Source of the DNA: an uncultured Methanosarcinales archaeon
GTDB lineage: Archaea > Nanobdellota > Nanobdellia > Woesearchaeales > GW2011-AR9
NCBI GenBank assembly: GCA_964343575.1
Contig: CAYFJV010000002.1
Span: 319,585 to 383,584 of the forward strand
Reading direction: 5' to 3'
DNA: 64,000 nt
The translations under genes and the position numbers were made by a program. Positions 58,955-64,000 of this stretch are shown in pieces (the first letter of the stretch is position 1; the number at the start of each line of letters is the position of its first letter). The notes beneath the pieces were generated by a model, which worked only from the letters and a program-made list of their open reading frames with translations, searched no databases and was not told the DNA's origin.

Positions 58955-60091
58955 TTACTTCCTAGAATACAGTGCCCTAGCTTTCTCTACCAATTCTGGT
59001 TGGATGTAATGCTTTACCGTTACCGTTGAGCGTTCTTCCCAAACATTATGTTTTTTATTGTAGTGCTTATGGCCAAGTTCTTTGGCAATGTTTAGGAAAA
59101 GAGAATTTACTTCGGCTTTACTTGCTGATTTTCTTCCTTTGAGGAATTTTTTCACTTCTTCGGTAGCGTAGTGTGACCTTACAATGTGAGGGTAGAATTC
59201 TTCTCCACAATATTTGTGAAAGGCTTTCTTGAACTCCTTCTCTGGCAGAGGCCTGCCACTTTTGGTAGCAAAGACAAAATCATTTCTTTTTTTACTTCGC
59301 ATTAGCGCAGCTAATCTTTGTAGATATTTTGCTGGGAAGTGCTTGCTAATATTTTGTGGCACACCATCTTTGCCAATGAATTTGAATGTGGCAGTTTGCT
59401 TCTTTTTGTTAAGTGTGATGTCTTTTTTCTTGATAGTGGAAAGTCCTTTGTGTTGGTGTTGCTTGAAATAGATCTCATTACCAATTCGCATTTTGGTGTG
59501 CAGAAGAGTGTACATTGGAAGTGCCATGGGATCTTCATAGTTCTTAAGTGCAGAGTTCACAGATCGTTGAAGCTTTGGGTAATGCTTTGCAAAGTTGTGC
59601 ACTTTTCGATATTTTTTCTTAGTTGCCTTTGCCTTCTTTTCTTTACTGTAAAGGTAGGCAAAAGTTCCTCCCTTGTTCTGGTAAAGCACATCCCAATGAT
59701 CATGATTTGTTTGGTCATGCACGGTTAGTTTTTTTGCAAAAAGAGAATAGGCTGCATTAAGTGAAGTTCCATCTGGAAGGGTGGTGAGTCTTGCTCCCTT
59801 CGGGTTGCCTTGTGGGTCACGCATGCCTTTGAGAAATTGAGGATCTTTAGTGTCTCTTAGGTCGCTGAGCCGGTGATGCGCTTTGAATAACTTGATAACT
59901 TGCTGAGCTTCAGGAAGTTTTATTTTTGAGCGTTTCCAACCTTTGGCTGTCTTCTCATAAACTTTTAGATTTCTTGCTTTTATTCTCAATGTTCCAGAAG
60001 GAAGAGTTGTCTTGTTAGCCTTTTTTGCTGTGGCTTTTCTCTTGTTGTTTGTCCTTTGTCTTTTTACTTTGCTAAGAAGTTTTTTGAGCAT
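58955..60091 (-). CDS. DNA topoisomerase IB (compact bacterial/viral type)
   Basis: MRIGNEIY, GLSTI, FKFIGKDG, HIVRSHYA, ELGH, KHYIQP. Confidence 0.8.
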   Translation of the reverse strand: MLKKLLSKVKRQRTNNKRKATAKKANKTTLPSGTLRIKARNLKVYEKTAKGWKRSKIKLPEAQQVIKLFKAHHRLSDLRDTKDPQFLKGMRDPQGNPKGARLTTLPDGTSLNAAYSLFAKKLTVHDQTNHDHWDVLYQNKGGTFAYLYSKEKKAKATKKKYRKVHNFAKHYPKLQRSVNSALKNYEDPMALPMYTLLHTKMRIGNEIYFKQHQHKGLSTIKKKDITLNKKKQTATFKFIGKDGVPQNISKHFPAKYLQRLAALMRSKKRNDFVFATKSGRPLPEKEFKKAFHKYCGEEFYPHIVRSHYATEEVKKFLKGRKSASKAEVNSLFLNIAKELGHKHYNKKHNVWEERSTVTVKHYIQPELVEKARALYSRK

Positions 60092-60102
60092 TTTTATTAT
60101 TC

Positions 60103-60999
60103 TTATCTCTCTTTTTTGAGCTCTTCAAGGAGAAGAGAAGTTATATCCACCTTGCTCGTTTTGTTCTCAATGCTGTTTGTTGAGATGATTTCTTTAACTT
60201 TTGCTTTCTTGAGCTTTTTGAGCGCCCCTTCAGCATAAAGCCCATGCACACATATGGCAGTAACCTTTTTTGCTCCCAATTTTTTTGCTTTTTTAGCGGC
60301 TTCAATTACGGTGTGTCCTGTTGAGATGATATCATCTACAATAACCGCATGTTTTCCTTTCACATCAACTGATTTGATCATTCGCACCTCTACATGCCTT
60401 GAGCTGTGCCTTGTTTTGATAAAGAGGCTACAATCGCAGTCAATCTCTTTTGCAATAACTTCAGCCCATTGATAAGATTCACTGTCTGGCCCAATAATTA
60501 CTGGGTTTTTGATCTTCTTTTTGATGTATTGTCCCAAAAGTTTGTTAGCACTGAGTCGCTTTGCAGAGATGCTGAAGATCTCTTTCATGTTCTGGTACCT
60601 ATGCAGGTGTGGGTCAATAGTAATAATCTTGTTAAAAGAATTGTTGATGAGCTTTGCCATTACTTTACTTGAGACGCACTCTCCAGTATGAAATGCTTTG
60701 TCTTGGCGCATGTAGGCTAAGTAGGGCGCTACAAGAATAACTTTTTTTGCCCCCATTTGTTTGGCAGTTTCGGCAGCAAAAATAACTTTGAACAATGATG
60801 CGTTTGGTTTTGGTTGGAAGCTGTGCACAATTACTACTTTTTTTCCTTTGAGTGTATTTTTTTGTTTTGTTTGGAACTGCATGTAAATGTCGCCATCGGG
60901 AAACTGACTTACTTTGAGAGGAACGTATTTACCTTTAGTCTCTTTAGCAAGTTTCTTTGCTATACTTGTAGAATTACCGCAATCTGTGAAGTAAAGCAT
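60103..60999 (-). CDS. prs: Ribose-phosphate pyrophosphokinase
   Basis: FPDGD, PYLAYMRQDK, DPH, VDDIISTGHT. Confidence 0.95.
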   Translation of the reverse strand: MLYFTDCGNSTSIAKKLAKETKGKYVPLKVSQFPDGDIYMQFQTKQKNTLKGKKVVIVHSFQPKPNASLFKVIFAAETAKQMGAKKVILVAPYLAYMRQDKAFHTGECVSSKVMAKLINNSFNKIITIDPHLHRYQNMKEIFSISAKRLSANKLLGQYIKKKIKNPVIIGPDSESYQWAEVIAKEIDCDCSLFIKTRHSSRHVEVRMIKSVDVKGKHAVIVDDIISTGHTVIEAAKKAKKLGAKKVTAICVHGLYAEGALKKLKKAKVKEIISTNSIENKTSKVDITSLLLEELKKER

Positions 61000-61066
61000 A
61001 GTTTGCAATAAAGAAGTTTTGCTATATAAATCTGCTGAATGCTTGGTTAGAAACATGTAAAGAGAA

Positions 61067-61567
61067 TTATTGATTAGCTTTTATGAGTTTTCTGGTTTCT
61101 TTTTCTAAAGCTAACAGGGCTTTTAATATGTCTGAGAGCTCTCGAAGTTTCCAAAGTAGTTCATTCTTCTTTCTTTCTAGTTCTTGCCTTTGACTAGTCG
61201 TAGGGGTATCTCCCCCAAGGTTACGAAGATTTTCTTGCAGTTTTGCAGAGAGTCTAAAGATTTCTTGACCTATTTCTGCAATTTTTTCAACTGCTTTAAG
61301 ACTTTCTCTCTCTCTCTCTTCTAAAACAGGAAGTTCCCTCTCAATGATTATTACTAGACTTCTTAGCTTTTCTAGGTTCTCATGATTGAATTCTCTACTG
61401 AACACGCCGATCTTTTCTGCAAGGGTGGCTGGGTCGTAATGTCCGGCCCACCATATGACAAAGTCTATGGTTTGTCTTGTCTGTGCAAAAAGGTTATTTG
61501 TAAGATTTTCTTCTATCTGTTCTAGAGCAAGGGGATTTCCCTTAGTAAACCAATCTATAATTCCCAT
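61067..61567 (-). CDS. Coiled-coil hypothetical protein
   Basis: Heptad-rich 166-aa ORF. Confidence 0.6.
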   Translation of the reverse strand: MGIIDWFTKGNPLALEQIEENLTNNLFAQTRQTIDFVIWWAGHYDPATLAEKIGVFSREFNHENLEKLRSLVIIIERELPVLEERERESLKAVEKIAEIGQEIFRLSAKLQENLRNLGGDTPTTSQRQELERKKNELLWKLRELSDILKALLALEKETRKLIKANQ

Positions 61568-61655
61568 CTTCTACCCTTAGCTATACTTTTTGTTTATTTA
61601 AGTTTTGTTTTCTTCCTCGTAATATTTATATAAAACTGAGGGGTAGCTTTTGTTC

Positions 61656-63263
61656 ATGGGAAAGGAAGCTAAAAAATCTGATTCAGGTTCTCAGAAGATG
61701 TATCACTGGACTGATTTTACTGCAGAGAAAGTGATTCGTGAGAAAGGTGATAAAGGTAGTTACACTGTTGCAAGTGGCATCACTCCTTCTGGTGTGGTGC
61801 ACATTGGGAACTTTCGAGAAATCATGACTGTTGAGCTTGTCAAACGTGCTTTGGAGAAACGAGGGAAAAAAGTGCGCTTTATCTATTCTTGGGATGATTA
61901 TGATGTATTTAGAAAGGTACCTAAAGGTATGCCACAGCAAGAGATGCTTCAAGGACAGCTTCGAAGACCAATAGTGGATGTTCCAGATCCACATGGAAAA
62001 GAAGAGAGTTATGCAAGGTATCATGAGAAACAAATTGAAGAAGCGGTAAAGTTAGTCGGTATTGATCCAGAATTTATCTATCAAAGTAAAAGATATCGAT
62101 CAAGAGATTATGCAAAGGAGATGAAGTTTGCTTTAGATCATGCTGCAGAGATCAGAGAAATACTCAACCAGTTTCGTGAAAACCCTCTTGATGATTCTTG
62201 GCTTCCAATTGGAATTTTTTCTAAGAAGTTTGGAACCGATGTGGTTAGTAATGTTCGTTATGATGGAGAATGGTCAGTAAGTTATGATCTTGAAGATGGA
62301 ACAACAGAAACGGTTGATCTTCGTAAGGATGGTAATGTGAAACTGAAGTGGCGAGTGGATTGGCCAATGCGTTGGAACTTTGAACAAGTGGATTACGAGC
62401 CGGGAGGAAAAGACCATTCAACTGCAGGTGGAAGTTTTGATACAGGTAAACAAATTATTCAAAAGCTTTGGAAAAGAGATGCTCCAACTTATATCATGTA
62501 CGATTTTGTTCGAATCAAAGGCCAAGGTGGAAAGATCTCTAGCAGCAAAGGAAATGTTGTTACCCTCTATGATGTTTTGGAAGTTTATGAGCCTGAGATT
62601 GTGCGTTATCTTTTCGCAGGAACTCGTCCAAACAGAGAGTTTGCGATCTCTTTTGATGTAGACGTTATTGCAATGTATGAAGATTTTGATCGTTGTGAAC
62701 GAGTTTATTTCGGAGTTGAGAACGGAAAGATCAGTGATAAAGATCGCGAGAAATTGAAGGTAGCTTATGAGCTTAGTGCAGTTGGCGAAGTACCTAAGGA
62801 GATGCCTTATCAACCGAGCTTTCGTCATTTGACTACTATTTTGCAGATCAATGCTCTTGATGTTGATAAGACGGTTGGTTACTATGAGAAAGAACTTAAG
62901 AATGATTTTGATCGTAAGCGCTTAAGGACAAGGGCGACCTGTGCTGCTAATTGGCTTAAGAAATATGCTCCCAAAGATTTCACTTTTAGTGTTCAGGAAG
63001 AATGTAGCGTTGAACTTTCTGACTCTGAGATGAAATTATTCTCTGAGATTGCATCTAAGCTTGTTGAAAAGGAGTGGACAGACACTGCTTTGCATGAAGA
63101 GATGTACATTTTAGCTAAGAATAATGGTGTTCCAGTTAAAGATTTCTTTAGGCAGGCTTATCGGATTTTGGTTGGGAAGGAGAAAGGACCACGGTTAGCA
63201 TCTTTTATTTTAGAGATAGGAAGGGAGAGGGTTGCTGGCCTTTTAGAAAAAGCTGTTGCTTAG
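61656..63263 (+). CDS. lysS: Lysyl-tRNA synthetase, class I
   Basis: SGITPSGVVHIGNFRE, WRVDWPMRW, GKDH, KISSSKG, GPRL. Confidence 0.97.
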   Translation: MGKEAKKSDSGSQKMYHWTDFTAEKVIREKGDKGSYTVASGITPSGVVHIGNFREIMTVELVKRALEKRGKKVRFIYSWDDYDVFRKVPKGMPQQEMLQGQLRRPIVDVPDPHGKEESYARYHEKQIEEAVKLVGIDPEFIYQSKRYRSRDYAKEMKFALDHAAEIREILNQFRENPLDDSWLPIGIFSKKFGTDVVSNVRYDGEWSVSYDLEDGTTETVDLRKDGNVKLKWRVDWPMRWNFEQVDYEPGGKDHSTAGGSFDTGKQIIQKLWKRDAPTYIMYDFVRIKGQGGKISSSKGNVVTLYDVLEVYEPEIVRYLFAGTRPNREFAISFDVDVIAMYEDFDRCERVYFGVENGKISDKDREKLKVAYELSAVGEVPKEMPYQPSFRHLTTILQINALDVDKTVGYYEKELKNDFDRKRLRTRATCAANWLKKYAPKDFTFSVQEECSVELSDSEMKLFSEIASKLVEKEWTDTALHEEMYILAKNNGVPVKDFFRQAYRILVGKEKGPRLASFILEIGRERVAGLLEKAVA

Positions 63264-63285
63264 TTTTTTCTTTTAGAAAAGAAAG

Positions 63286-63411
63286 TGTGGACGGCAGGGT
63301 TCGAACCTGCGTAGGCACTAAGCCAATGGGTGTCTTCGCCAAGAAGACCTCAGAGATCTGAAATTTCTCGCCGCCTAAGCCCATCCCGTTTGACCACTCC
63401 GGCACGTCCAC
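63286..63411 (-). tRNA. tRNA-Leu(TAG) with 42-nt intron (63332-63373)
   Basis: GTGGACG/CGTCCAC acceptor, ATGGG-CTTAGG[intron]A-CCCAT anticodon arm, long variable arm, GGTTCGAACCC. Confidence 0.92.
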
Positions 63412-63594
63412 GCGAGCCTCGCGAGCGTGACGTTCAGTAATCTTCGATTACTCGCCACGTCCACATGGATAGTGAATTCCTCTTTGTTTCTTTTTTATAT
63501 CTTTTGGTCTTTTATAAGCTGGACTGTTTAGATGATTTGCTTTTAAAACAAATCCATAAGCTTTATAAAGCAAAAATCGGCAAGCCACCCTACA

Positions 63595-64000
63595 ATGAAA
63601 AGGACAATAATTTATCTTAGTCTTATCATGATCTTTGCTTTTTTTGTGAGCGCATGTACCATTACGGGCGCTGTTGTTAGTGAAGGTTGTGAAGCATTAG
63701 AAGGAAGCGAGCGTGATGTTTGTTATCTTGATCTTCTTCAGTGTAGTAGCATTGTTTCAGATGACTTGAGAGATGCTTGTGTTGGAGAAATGGCGCAGGT
63801 GACTGCCGATCTTAGCGTTTGTGAACTTATCCAGGATGAGAGTATCATGGGGCATTGCCAGCATGGTATTGCTTTGGCGCTTGCTGATGTGAGTATTTGT
63901 TCAGATATTACTGAAGAGTACTGGTCTGATAACTGTTATGCCAATTATGCAATGGAGCATGACGAAGGGAACCATTGTGCAGAAGTTTCACTTACTAGTC
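63595..64000 (+). CDS. Cys-repeat lipoprotein (partial)
   Basis: MKRTII...VSAC-TITGAVV followed by regularly spaced Cys; runs off the window. Confidence 0.75.
   Translation, partial: MKRTIIYLSLIMIFAFFVSACTITGAVVSEGCEALEGSERDVCYLDLLQCSSIVSDDLRDACVGEMAQVTADLSVCELIQDESIMGHCQHGIALALADVSICSDITEEYWSDNCYANYAMEHDEGNHCAEVSLTS

Noticed and set aside
61304..61320. (TC)n microsatellite as a phase-variation tract
   Set aside because: It is short and simply encodes ERERE in a coiled coil; there is no evidence of slippage.

Overview
This is an AT-rich archaeal chromosomal segment. The DPANN/Woesearchaeota-like assignment is inferred from gene content: thermosome, class I LysRS, Lsm-rpl37e, archaeal rps15, intron-containing tRNAs, a stand-alone 5S rRNA and many 'TGxAV' Cys-rich surface proteins. 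Most of the window is housekeeping: four aminoacyl-tRNA synthetases, SRP54, XPD/Rad3, PRPP synthetase, MetAP, a presenilin-type protease, translin, four tRNAs and the 5S rRNA. A ~12.7 kb element is integrated at the 3' end of tRNA-Gln (17-bp att duplication at 29230-29246 and 41951-41967). It carries two tyrosine recombinases, a replication-type ATPase with internal 9-bp repeats, unannotated Zn-finger micro-ORFs and defence-like cargo (RelA/SpoT synthetase, caspase, HEPN, APH kinase). Just outside it is a metal-linked cluster headed by an unannotated 27-aa, 8-Cys metallothionein-like peptide. Other notable items are a three-copy family of structured intergenic elements with covarying stems, a B3/4 editing domain fused to a histone-H1-like tail just upstream of argS, a compact type IB topoisomerase, and a mini-insertion that duplicates the 5' end of tRNA-Leu. 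All calls come from reading motifs by eye; no database searches were run.
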